In this document: positions 8,584-17,101 of the stretch, one piece after another
Layout of the letters: every line of letters starts with the position of its first letter
Numbering within the stretch: the first letter of the stretch is position 1
IMG/VR virus record: IMGVR_UViG_640069307_000003
Span: 24,097-88,096 of that record
Length of the DNA: 64,000 bases
From: a virus
Lineage: Duplodnaviria; Caudoviricetes
Reading direction: 5' to 3' (one strand)
Notes under the pieces: generated by a model
Told to the model about the DNA's origin: nothing
Databases searched by the model: none
Seen by the model: the letters and a program-made list of their open reading frames with translations, nothing else
Made by a program: the position numbers and the translations under genes

Positions 8584-9291
8584 ATGAACGCACCGACCAC
8601 ACTCCCGCCCGAAGTTATTGCGCAGAAGCCGACCGTCGCAGACATGAACCTGTTCGACGGCGGCAACCCGGCGAACCTTGGCGAAATGTTCGCAGCCCTC
8701 GCGCTCGCGCAAGGCGGGTTCGATCCTATCGTCAAAAACCGCGAGGTCACGGTTCAACCGAAAGACCAATCGAAGCGCGCCTACAAATTCAAGTACGCGG
8801 ACCTCGAAGAAATCCGCAGCAAGACGACGCCGCACCTGTCGAAAAACGGCTTCGCCCTGCTCTCGCTCGTGACGACGCACACGACGGGCGGTGTGCATAT
8901 CCGAACGATCCTCGCGCACAAGACGGGCGCGCGTATCGAGTCGGATATGGACGTGAATCGCATCGGCGGCGAAATCAAGGACTTCGGCGCGACTATCACG
9001 TACCTGCGCCGTTACGTCGTGAGCGCGTTGCTTGGCGTAGCGGCCGATGACGACCTCGACGAGGACGGCCAAGAGCCGGGCGCCGGTGGCGGATCGAGCG
9101 CGGCCGTCGGCGTTGCCGTCCACAAGGGTCTGAAGGATGCCAAGACGCTCGGAGAACTGGGCAAGATCATGGCGGGCCTGCCGAAAGACGAGAAGGCGAA
9201 GTACTCGGCCTATTACAACCAGCGGCAAGACGAACTCGAAGCCGAGCAACGGGACGCGGGCGGCAAACCGGCAGGCGGAGACGATCTGTGA
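8584..9291 (+). CDS. erf: ERF family single-strand annealing protein
   Basis: YKYADLEEI and GATITYLRRYVVSALLGVAADDD.D.DG ERF signature. Confidence 0.88.
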   Translation: MNAPTTLPPEVIAQKPTVADMNLFDGGNPANLGEMFAALALAQGGFDPIVKNREVTVQPKDQSKRAYKFKYADLEEIRSKTTPHLSKNGFALLSLVTTHTTGGVHIRTILAHKTGARIESDMDVNRIGGEIKDFGATITYLRRYVVSALLGVAADDDLDEDGQEPGAGGGSSAAVGVAVHKGLKDAKTLGELGKIMAGLPKDEKAKYSAYYNQRQDELEAEQRDAGGKPAGGDDL

Positions 9292-10001
9292 TTGTCGTCG
9301 AATGCCAACAGGGCACGCCGGAATGGCTTGCCGCGCGTGCGGGCGTCACCACGGCGAGCAATTACCGGATCGCCCGCACGCTGGCACGCGACGGCCGCAC
9401 GCCGAGCGATACCGCCCGGCACCTTGCATTTCGGCTCGCCATCGAGCGCATTAGCGGCGTGCCGCTCGATGACGATGCACCGGAGACGTGGCAGATGAAG
9501 CGCGGTCAGCTTCTCGAAGACGACGCGCGGATTCTGCACACGTCTGAAATCGGCCTGCGCGTCAAGCCGGTCGGGATCATCCTGACCGACGACCGAAAGT
9601 TTGGTGCGAGCGCTGACGGCTGGATCGAGTGCCCGCGACTGGGGCCGGGCGGCGCGGAATACAAGTGCCTCATCGGGCCGAAGGAACTGGAAGCCGTCTA
9701 TATCGACGATGACCCGTCGAAGTACATGGATCAGATTCAGGGAAACCTCTGGCTCTCCGGTCGCAAGTGGTGGGACTTCTGCGTGTACTGCCCGGCGCTT
9801 GAATCCATCAACCTGCACTTCTACCGGCAGCGCGTCATGCGTGACGATGACTACATCGCGGAGTTGGTGGCAGACCTCTGGAAGTTCGATTGCATGGTCG
9901 AGGAGTTCCGCGAAAAGCTGCTGGTCCGGCAGGCGCGCCGAGAAGGCCGTGAGTTTGTAGCCGAGGCTGCCGACGAGCTTGGAGTCGACACCCCTTATTG
10001 A
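9288..10001 (+). CDS. YqaJ / lambda-exonuclease family recombination nuclease
   Basis: QGTPEWLAARAGVTTAS, GASADG, EYKC, YMDQIQGNLW motifs. Confidence 0.88.
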   Translation: MIVVECQQGTPEWLAARAGVTTASNYRIARTLARDGRTPSDTARHLAFRLAIERISGVPLDDDAPETWQMKRGQLLEDDARILHTSEIGLRVKPVGIILTDDRKFGASADGWIECPRLGPGGAEYKCLIGPKELEAVYIDDDPSKYMDQIQGNLWLSGRKWWDFCVYCPALESINLHFYRQRVMRDDDYIAELVADLWKFDCMVEEFREKLLVRQARREGREFVAEAADELGVDTPY

Positions 10002-10064
10002 TTCAAGGCCGCCCGCTCGCGGGCGCGCCCTCCCCTTTTACCGACAACGGATAACAACATCATC

Positions 10065-11174
10065 ATGTGGTTCAAGAACCTCACGCTGTTCAAACTGACC
10101 GACTTCGCCATAGATGCACAGACGCTTTCCGACAAGCTCGCGAAAGCCGCATTCTCGCCCTGCACGGACCTTCAGGAAAAGTCAGTCGGCTTTGTCACGC
10201 CGCGCCCCGATAGCCCGCACGTCTATGCGGTCAACGGCGAATTCCTGATCGCACTGCGCACGCAAAAGCGCAACCTGCCCGGCTCGGTCGTGAAAGAGGA
10301 AGTGGCGCGCCGCGCGGCGGAGTATGAGAAGGAATACGGACACAAGCCCGGCCGCAAGATGCTGAAGGAACTCAAAGAGCAGTCCATCGACGCGCTCTTG
10401 CCGCAGGCGTTCAAGACAAGCCGCACCACGCACGCATGGATTTCGCCCAAGGCGGGCCTGCTCGTGATCGACACGGCATCTACGGCCATCGCCGACGATT
10501 TCATTGGCGCGCTGCTGCGCGCGATTGAAGTGCCCGTCAAGCTGCATCCGCTCGCAACCAATACCGCGCCGAGCGCGGCCATGTCGAAATGGCTGCTCGA
10601 CGAACCGCCCTCGTTTCTCACCATCGACAGCGACGCCGTTTTCGTGACGACGCACGGCGGCAACATTAAGTATTCGAATACGCCCGTCGAGGGCGACGAC
10701 GCCAAGCGCCAGCTTGAGGCAGGCCAGCGCGTGTCGAGCCTCGCGCTGACGTGGGATGACAAGGTTTCGTTCGTGCTCGCAGGCAAGGGAACCATCAAGC
10801 GCGTGAAGGCGCTCGACGTGCTCAAGGGCGAGGCCGCCGACAAGGCCGACGAGGATTCGTTCGCGTCTGATTTCCTGCTGATGGCGGGCACGCTCGCGCA
10901 GATGGTCGGCGAACTGGTCGAATCGCTTGGCGGCGAGCGCGAGCCGGAACACGATATCGCCGACGCAGCCGATGACAGCGACGATGAACTGTACGGCAAG
11001 GCCCGGCAGATCGTGATCGAGAACGAGCGCGCGTCTATCTCACTCGTGCAACGCCATTTGCGCATCGGCTATAACCGCGCCGCGCGACTGCTCGATTCGC
11101 TCGAATCGCATGGGGTCGTCAGCGCGATGGATTCGAGCGGCAATCGCCGCGTGCTCGCAACGGAGGCAGCATGA
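10065..11174 (+). CDS. rdgC: Recombination-associated protein RdgC with C-terminal FtsK-gamma domain
   Basis: MWFKNLTLF..LLPQAF..LALTWDDKVSFVL RdgC; tail DELY..ARQIVIE..ASISLVQRHLRIGYNRAARLLD is FtsK-gamma wHTH. Confidence 0.9.
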   Translation: MWFKNLTLFKLTDFAIDAQTLSDKLAKAAFSPCTDLQEKSVGFVTPRPDSPHVYAVNGEFLIALRTQKRNLPGSVVKEEVARRAAEYEKEYGHKPGRKMLKELKEQSIDALLPQAFKTSRTTHAWISPKAGLLVIDTASTAIADDFIGALLRAIEVPVKLHPLATNTAPSAAMSKWLLDEPPSFLTIDSDAVFVTTHGGNIKYSNTPVEGDDAKRQLEAGQRVSSLALTWDDKVSFVLAGKGTIKRVKALDVLKGEAADKADEDSFASDFLLMAGTLAQMVGELVESLGGEREPEHDIADAADDSDDELYGKARQIVIENERASISLVQRHLRIGYNRAARLLDSLESHGVVSAMDSSGNRRVLATEAA

Positions 11175-12064
11175 AACTGCGCGAAACCAATCTCGTCAGC
11201 CTGAAGAAGATCGCCGAGGACAAGTCTCAGGACGCCATCGGCATCAAAAAGGTCACGCACTACATGCTGGACCCGCGCGCGATCCGCATTGAACCGGGCT
11301 TCAACGCGCGCGACATGGTCAACATGAGCGAGCGCACTCGCGCGCACATCGACCAAATGAAGGTCGCGATTCGTGCGGGTACGGTCATGCCCGCAATGAA
11401 GGTACGCGTGTCCGGCGACACCATCTATGTCGTCGAGGGCCACTGCCGCCTGACCGCGTACATGGAACTGATCGCCGAGGGCCTTGAAATCCTGCTCGTT
11501 CCGGTCGAGCAGTTCAACGGCAACGACGAGGACCGCGATTTTGAAGTCCTGAATAGCGCGAGCCAGTTGCACCTGACGCGCCTCGAACAGGGCCGCATCT
11601 ACAAGCGCCGCGTCGCGTTCGGTTGGTCGGTCGCGCAGATCGCCGCACGCGCGTTCAAGTCGGCGAGTTTCGTCGAGCAAAACCTGATGCTCGCGAACGC
11701 CGATTCGGACGTGCAACGCCTGCTCGAAGCCGACAAGGTATCGGTCAAGGTCGCACTGGACGCCATCCGCAAGCACGGCGACAAGGCTGGCGCGAAGCTC
11801 GCCGCCCGCATCGAGTCAGAAGGCGGCGCGAAGCTGACCGGCGCGAGCCTCACGCGCGCGCTGCCGTCCAAGGTCGTGCGCAATGTCACGGCCGCCGTAA
11901 GCGACCTTTTCGGCGACACACAGAGCATGTGGGCCGCGCGCATCCGCGAGTGCTCCGATAGTGGCGCAGTTCAGATGATGGTGCCGGTATCAGTCATGCG
12001 CGCGCTGCTCGACGCGCACGAGGCCGCCACGCACGCCAGCGCGCCTGCAAAGGAGGCCGCGTGA
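11171..12064 (+). CDS. ParB N-terminal-like domain phage protein
   Basis: IEPGFNAR...VVEGHCRL ParB/Srx box followed by an HTH-like GWSVAQIAARAFKS. Confidence 0.7.
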   Translation: MKLRETNLVSLKKIAEDKSQDAIGIKKVTHYMLDPRAIRIEPGFNARDMVNMSERTRAHIDQMKVAIRAGTVMPAMKVRVSGDTIYVVEGHCRLTAYMELIAEGLEILLVPVEQFNGNDEDRDFEVLNSASQLHLTRLEQGRIYKRRVAFGWSVAQIAARAFKSASFVEQNLMLANADSDVQRLLEADKVSVKVALDAIRKHGDKAGAKLAARIESEGGAKLTGASLTRALPSKVVRNVTAAVSDLFGDTQSMWAARIRECSDSGAVQMMVPVSVMRALLDAHEAATHASAPAKEAA

Positions 12065-12462
12065 GCACGGAACGCGTCAACACGGGCGAATATTTCACGA
12101 TAGAGCAGGCAAGCGCGCATGCCGCCGAGTTTTGCCGCAAGCACCCGGCATGGATTCGTGTGTGCGACATGCCCGACACGGAAGAAGTGAATCGCGCGCT
12201 CTACGTCCATTGGGACGAGTTGAGCAAGCGTGCTCAGGACTACTGGGGCAGCGAGTATGCCTATAACGAATTCGCGACGAAGCGCTGCAAGGTCAAGCAG
12301 GGCGTGATGACCGGCAAGGGCGAGCTGTACGACAGCATTATCCAAGCGCCCTTGTTCCACAACGTCATGTGCATGTACCGGGTCGGCGTAAGCCGGGCGC
12401 GGGAATGGTCCGCGCAGCGCGCGAAAGAACGTGAGGAGGAGCGTGCGAAATGGAGCAAGTGA
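12061..12462 (+). CDS. Hypothetical phage protein (133 aa)
   Basis: GTG start coupled to the upstream stop, GGAGG RBS. Confidence 0.65.
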   Translation: MSTERVNTGEYFTIEQASAHAAEFCRKHPAWIRVCDMPDTEEVNRALYVHWDELSKRAQDYWGSEYAYNEFATKRCKVKQGVMTGKGELYDSIIQAPLFHNVMCMYRVGVSRAREWSAQRAKEREEERAKWSK

Positions 12463-12890
12463 CCCTGCCGCCACCCATCGTGCCGGTCGAGGACCGTAGC
12501 GCATGGCAATGCCCGTCGCACGGCGCGGGTACGCCGCTACGCCTGTTCGGCTCGACCCTGCATTGCGTGCTATGCGGCGAGCAGTGCGAGCCGCGCCCGT
12601 CCGTCATCGCCGCGCAGCGCCACGCAGCGCGCGTGGTGCCCACCGTCGGCACGGTTCGCGGCGCACCACCCGCCCGCAACGGCTGCTATGACCGGCCCGC
12701 CAGCGCCCCGCCCTACTTTGCTCAGGACGGGTACGAGGAGGCGGTAGATCAGGGGTGGGGCACTTTCCACCGCACGACCCGTTACATCGAGGTCGAGCAC
12801 GTCATGAGCGAGGATTGCCAATACAGCGAGCACACTGTCGACCCGAAGTGTGCGGGCTGCCGATGGAACAAACAGGAGGCCAGCAAGTGA
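12450..12890 (+). CDS. Hypothetical Cys-rich phage protein
   Basis: CPSH, CVLC, DCQYS and CAGC motifs; operon position. Confidence 0.6.
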   Translation: MEQVTLPPPIVPVEDRSAWQCPSHGAGTPLRLFGSTLHCVLCGEQCEPRPSVIAAQRHAARVVPTVGTVRGAPPARNGCYDRPASAPPYFAQDGYEEAVDQGWGTFHRTTRYIEVEHVMSEDCQYSEHTVDPKCAGCRWNKQEASK

Positions 12891-13111
12891 TACGCGTTAT
12901 CAGCGAACTGCCTACGTGGGCGCTCGCATGGGCACTCGCCTTCGCCTTTCTCGCCATGCAGGCGCACATGCGCGACGTTGAGAACCGACCACACCAGTCT
13001 GGCAACAGAATGCCCTGTGACGACCGCGCCGATCTGCACTCGACCGGGTCAAATCAATACCGTACACGCCTGACCTATTGCAGCCGAACCCACCCGAGCC
13101 TAGCCGCGTAA
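12887..13111 (+). CDS. Possible small membrane protein whose 3' half runs into the pentamer array
   Basis: GTG start with AGGAGG RBS; hydrophobic WALAWALAFAFL segment. Confidence 0.35.
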   Translation: MIRVISELPTWALAWALAFAFLAMQAHMRDVENRPHQSGNRMPCDDRADLHSTGSNQYRTRLTYCSRTHPSLAA

Positions 13112-13800
13112 AACCACCACATACCCGACCTTACCTATACAAACCGCGTAACACCTATACGATCCTGTATTGACCTAAACTGTTCTGTACAGGTTTGCCA
13201 CCCCCCCCATCGAACTGACGCCCTTACACCCAACGCAAAGACGCTCATTTCGACCCGAATCCGTGTGTTTGGACAGATTTCGACCGATTCAAGCCAGAAT
13301 TGGTCAGAAGCCCTTCCCTCACACGGATTTTTCATTTGTTCGAGCCAGAATCGAACGCACGAAACCCGAACAAACAAAGCCTGAATTGACAAAACCGCTA
13401 GTGTTTCGACTGATTTTAGTCAATTTTGACGGAAACAAGCCTTTACACGCTCGGTTTTTACAAAATAGGTCCAGTTTTGTCTGTTTCGTACACTCCTCAC
13501 CCGGCCAGAATCGACCACACCCAACCAAACCCACCCAAACCAAACCTATATTGGTTAGGTGTGTACTGTACAGGTGTATATAGGTGTGTTTTGACTTGGT
13601 TCGGTCGAGTGTCGTTCATTTTCTTCTGGTTTGACCTGATCTGGTCTGACTCAAAGTGTTTCGTATTGAACACATCGAACCGAGTTGATCTTAGTCCGGC
13701 CAGTACAGGCCACATCTGACGTTGTGTGAAATGGTCCGTTCAAGTATAAGGATACTGATACAATTCGCACCGCATCAGACTCGAACGATAAGGACCGGAC
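12980..13800. repeat. Degenerate 5-bp periodic array (candidate parS centromere)
   Basis: Phased pentamers such as ccgac cttac ctata caaac / ccaac caaac ccacc caaac caaac ctata / ttggt taggt ctgta caggt ttgac ttggt tcggt; polarity flips near 13550; lower GC than flanks. Confidence 0.8.
13722..13750 (+). promoter_or_regulatory. parA promoter embedded in the array
   Basis: TTGTGT-17-TATAAG, 53 bp upstream of the parA ATG. Confidence 0.6.
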
Positions 13801-13803
13801 CGA

Positions 13804-14481
13804 ATGCCTATCTACCTGTTCGCCCATACCAAGGGCGGCGTCACCAAGACGACGACTGCCATCAACATGGCCGCCATGCGCGCGGCCGACGGCCGCCGCG
13901 TGCTCCTCGTGGACAGCGATTCGGGCCAGTCCGCAACCGGCTTCGTCAATACGCGCAAGCTCAAGGGCTTGCCCGACATTCCGCATGTCTCGCTTGTCTC
14001 GTATCTGACCGATGACGAAGGCTGGTATCGCATCGACGGCGACATTCTGAAGCTCGCGAAGTCGGGCAGGTATGACGACATTCTGATCGACGCGGGCGGG
14101 GAAGGGCACGGCTCACCCGAGATTCGCGCTGCGCTCACCGTCGCTGACAAGGTCGTGACGCCGTGCGGAACGTCGAGCGTGGACACGGTGCGCCTCGCTC
14201 CGATGAACAGCATGATCGGCGAAGCGCGCACGCTCAATCCGAAGCTGAAGGCGTTTCTATTCGCCTCGCGCGCGAGCACGAATGCGCGCTCGTCTGACGT
14301 AATCGAGTTCTACAAGGACGTGGCGAAGTTCCGCAACTACACGGTCATGGAGTCCGTCATCCGCGCCCGCGACTGCTACACGAAGTGGGAAAAAACCGGC
14401 GAGGCCGTTTTCGAGCAGAAGCGCGGCATCAAGGCCGCCATGCAGGAAATGGCCGACCTGTACAAAGAGGTGTTCGCATGA
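13804..14481 (+). CDS. parA: ParA family Walker-type partition ATPase (type Ib size)
   Basis: Deviant Walker [26 protein letters not shown]; no N-terminal HTH. Confidence 0.88.
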   Translation: MPIYLFAHTKGGVTKTTTAINMAAMRAADGRRVLLVDSDSGQSATGFVNTRKLKGLPDIPHVSLVSYLTDDEGWYRIDGDILKLAKSGRYDDILIDAGGEGHGSPEIRAALTVADKVVTPCGTSSVDTVRLAPMNSMIGEARTLNPKLKAFLFASRASTNARSSDVIEFYKDVAKFRNYTVMESVIRARDCYTKWEKTGEAVFEQKRGIKAAMQEMADLYKEVFA

Positions 14482-14975
14482 CCGACAAGCCATTGAGCGC
14501 CGCCGAGGCGAAACGCGCGCGAGAATTGGAAGCCCGACGGGCCATGTTCACGCAGGGCGATGCGCGCCCGGCAAATACCGACCTTTCGACCATTCTCGGA
14601 CCGGAGGAGGGCGCGCAGAAGGGCATGACGACCGAGGAGCCGCCCGCCGATACGGCCGCGCCGGAACCAGCCGCGCAGGAGGCCGCAGAAGCGTCCGCCA
14701 TGCCCGCGGACACCCCGAACCCCATGCCGACGGCAGAAAAGCCCGCCAAGGCCCCAAAAACCGCCTCACCGGGGAACCGGAAAGCGGAACGTAAGCCGTG
14801 GGATGAATACCTGCCGACAGAGGCAAAGGGTTTTACGACCAAATTCGACCCGGAGCTACACGCGAAACTGGTCTGGATTACCGAAAACGTGCCGAAAATG
14901 TCGATTCAGAAGATCGTCAAGGCGGCCGTTGCCGAGTTCGCCGACAAAACCATCGCGGAGCGATACAAGCCATGA
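14478..14975 (+). CDS. Putative centromere-binding protein 1 (disordered N-terminus + RHH)
   Basis: Start MTDKPL at 14478 (ATGA overlap); C-terminal [31 protein letters not shown] ribbon-helix-helix pattern. Confidence 0.65.
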   Translation: MTDKPLSAAEAKRARELEARRAMFTQGDARPANTDLSTILGPEEGAQKGMTTEEPPADTAAPEPAAQEAAEASAMPADTPNPMPTAEKPAKAPKTASPGNRKAERKPWDEYLPTEAKGFTTKFDPELHAKLVWITENVPKMSIQKIVKAAVAEFADKTIAERYKP

Positions 14976-15316
14976 ACGTGCGATACGAACTGAAGAAGGG
15001 CGTTCGTCTGAGCGCCGAGGACGTGACCATCGTGCCGGTGGAGCAGCCGCGTGCCGACGCGCCCACACGCGATGCACGACAGGTGCCGCTCGACCTGAAG
15101 CCGCGGCCCGAGCGCGAGCGCCGACCGTGGGAGGACGCAAACCCGCGCGTCAAAACGTCGATCCGCCTCGAAATGGACGAAGTGCTGAAGCTCAAGCTCG
15201 ACTGGATCAAAGAGCACTTCCCGAACAGCGCCATCAGCGCGGTTTGCCGCCGTGCCGTCGAGAAAGAGGCCGCGCGCCTAATCGCCGAATGGGATGCAAC
15301 GCATCCGAGCGCCTAA
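14972..15316 (+). CDS. Putative centromere-binding protein 2 (RHH)
   Basis: RPWE..KTSIRLEMDEVLKLKLDWI..AISAVCRRAV, paralogous to the upstream C-terminus. Confidence 0.65.
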   Translation: MNVRYELKKGVRLSAEDVTIVPVEQPRADAPTRDARQVPLDLKPRPERERRPWEDANPRVKTSIRLEMDEVLKLKLDWIKEHFPNSAISAVCRRAVEKEAARLIAEWDATHPSA

Positions 15317-15317
15317 G

Positions 15318-15331
15318 ATAGGAATGTCTAT
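15318..15331. promoter_or_regulatory. Near-consensus operator ATAGG-AATG-TCTAT
   Basis: One mismatch to ATAGA-N4-TCTAT, immediately after the par operon stop. Confidence 0.45.
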
Positions 15332-15336
15332 CGCCA

Positions 15337-15373
15337 AACCCGACGAGCCTCGCGCCGTCGGGTTTTTTGTTTT
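15337..15373 (+). terminator. Intrinsic terminator of the par operon
   Basis: AACCCGACG-loop-CGTCGGGTT plus T-run. Confidence 0.75.
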
Positions 15374-15409
15374 TTGGGGGTGTCTCTTCTAAAAAGCAAC
15401 AACATCCGG

Positions 15410-15810
15410 TTGTTGACCTTTAGAAAAACAACACCTTTAAAAACCTTTAGGAGCGCGAGATCCTTGCCTGACAAGGGATTGCCGGGAGATACAGCATACT
15501 TTTCGGGACCAAAGAGCATAGTTTAGGGGACGGTTCGCCGACCAAAGAGCATAGTCTGCGGGATAGAGCATAGTTCTCGGGATAGGCCATAGCCTCGACC
15601 AGAAAACGCACGTAACTACATGATTTAAAATGATATAGATGCTTCTATATGCCGCCCTCCGAGATGTCAAGAGCATAGTATTCGGGGCATAGAGCATAGT
15701 TTGCGGGACGAGCGCACCGCGGACGCGCCATAGAGCATAGTTTGCGGGATGGAGCGCCCACTAGCATAGAGCATAGTTTGCGGGATAACTTAAAGCATAG
15801 TTCTATCTTG
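15410..15810 (+). repeat. Plasmid origin: AT-rich ACCTTTA repeats plus iterons
   Basis: Iteron core AGAGCATAGT(TTGCGGGAT) at 15513, 15546, 15565, 15670, 15691, 15732, 15768, with degenerate copies at 15493, 15584, 15793; three ACCTTTA repeats at ~15417-15452. Confidence 0.85.
15633..15650. promoter_or_regulatory. Operator ATATAGA-TGCT-TCTATAT between iteron clusters
   Basis: Perfect 7-4-7 palindrome matching the immunity-region operators. Confidence 0.7.
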
Positions 15811-15836
15811 CGGATATGCTTTACACCATCTACACT
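15808..15836 (+). promoter_or_regulatory. rep promoter overlapping the last iteron
   Basis: TTGCGG-17-TACACT. Confidence 0.65.
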
Positions 15837-15862
15837 TCCCGGCATCGAAAGAGGGGATTGAG

Positions 15863-17071
15863 ATGGGAAAGGTTATCAAGAGCAAGGCGTCAGCCGTTGA
15901 CACTCGCTCGCCCGAACTGGCGAAGCTCGACGAGCGCGAGCTACGAAAGCATGTCGCGACAATCCATGTCAGCGGCAGTCTGTCGCTCGTTGAACGCAAA
16001 ATCGTCAACGTCCTTTTGCTGCACGCATACGACGATCTGCTCACAAAACGCGAGCACACAATGTCGGTGCGGTTCCTTTGCGAGGCCATCGGATGGGACA
16101 GCAGCAACGACCATAAGAAGCTCGCCGAAGCGGCCGAAAACATCATGCGGAACATCGTGACCGTCAACATGTTTTCCGACGGCAGCGAGGAATGGAAGAA
16201 AACCGCGCTCGTGTCGTCTGTTGGCGTGAAGAATGGTCGCGTGACCTACGCCTACATCGAATGGCTTGCAGAGCGCCTTGCGCGCCCGGAGGTATTCGCC
16301 GCCATTGATATCAAGATTCAACGCCGGTTCAAGAGCGGCTATGCGCTCGCGCTCTACGAGAACTGCATCCGGTTCAAGGGCGTCGGTCAAACCCGGTACG
16401 CGCCCGTCGATACGTGGAAGGAGATTCTTGGCGCGACGGGAAAAATGTACGAGGAGTATCGGCACTTTTCGAACCACGTTCTGAAAACCGCAATCAAGGA
16501 AATCAACGACGTAGCGGATATCGACGTAGACCTGCGCGTGAAGAAGGATGGCAGGCGGATCGTTGAGATTCAATTCGGCGTGAAAGAGAAGGCGCAGGCC
16601 GAACTCCCATTTGAAGGCGACCCGAAGGAGGAGCAGACGCGCGAGGAGTTGCAGCGCATCGGCATTGGCGCGAACACCATCAAGCGCATTCTCGCCAAGA
16701 ACCCATCGCGCGCATGGCTCGCAGCGAAGGTCACGCGCGAGCGCGAGACGGCCGGGAAAATCAAGGATTCGGCGGCAGGCTATTTCATGAGCATCTTCGA
16801 GAGCGATTCCGTTCTCGAACTGCCCGCCGAGCCACCCAAACCGGAGCAGAAAGAACCCGCACGACCATCTGCCGAGGAGCTAGAGAAAGACCGGAAAGCG
16901 GATGCCGCACGCAAGGCTACAGCGGCACTCACCGAGGAGAAGCGGGCCGAACTGCGCGCGGCCTACATCGCGAATAATCCGGACGCGGCATACAACGAGG
17001 AAACCGGGAGGTGGAACAAGGCGGCTCACACGACCGGGTATCGGGCGTTCGAGCGAGCGCAGAGCGTATAA
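15863..17071 (+). CDS. repA: Plasmid replication initiator (Rep3/RepB family)
   Basis: LSLVERKIVNVLL..., RFKSGYALALYE, YRHFSNHVLKTAIKEIN Rep3 motifs; adjacent iterons. Confidence 0.88.
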   Translation: MGKVIKSKASAVDTRSPELAKLDERELRKHVATIHVSGSLSLVERKIVNVLLLHAYDDLLTKREHTMSVRFLCEAIGWDSSNDHKKLAEAAENIMRNIVTVNMFSDGSEEWKKTALVSSVGVKNGRVTYAYIEWLAERLARPEVFAAIDIKIQRRFKSGYALALYENCIRFKGVGQTRYAPVDTWKEILGATGKMYEEYRHFSNHVLKTAIKEINDVADIDVDLRVKKDGRRIVEIQFGVKEKAQAELPFEGDPKEEQTREELQRIGIGANTIKRILAKNPSRAWLAAKVTRERETAGKIKDSAAGYFMSIFESDSVLELPAEPPKPEQKEPARPSAEELEKDRKADAARKATAALTEEKRAELRAAYIANNPDAAYNEETGRWNKAAHTTGYRAFERAQSV

Positions 17072-17074
17072 GAC

Positions 17075-17098
17075 AAGGCCCGCACGAATGCGGGCCTT
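17075..17098. terminator. Bidirectional terminator between rep and the lysis cassette
   Basis: AAGGCCCGCA-CGAA-TGCGGGCCTT between convergent stops. Confidence 0.75.
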
Positions 17099-17101
17099 TC
17101 G

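Noticed and set aside
13520-13580. Hairpin-telomere (telRL) site of a linear N15-like plasmid phage
   Set aside because: The symmetry around 13550 is only loose pentamer inversion, not a long perfect palindrome, and no protelomerase is in the window.
13135-13719. ORFs called across the pentamer array (13135-13392, 13263-13583, 13319-13543, 13426-13719, 13497-13715)
   Set aside because: They are mutually overlapping frames with low-complexity translations, no RBS and atypical composition; they are by-products of the repeat.
13746-13759. ATAAG-GATA-CTGAT as a CI operator at the parA promoter
   Set aside because: It is a weak match inside the AT-rich periodic array, so chance cannot be excluded.
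15493-15810. CRISPR array
   Set aside because: The repeats are ~19 bp with spacers of 0-100 bp of irregular length, sit next to a Rep gene, and have no cas genes nearby; they are iterons.
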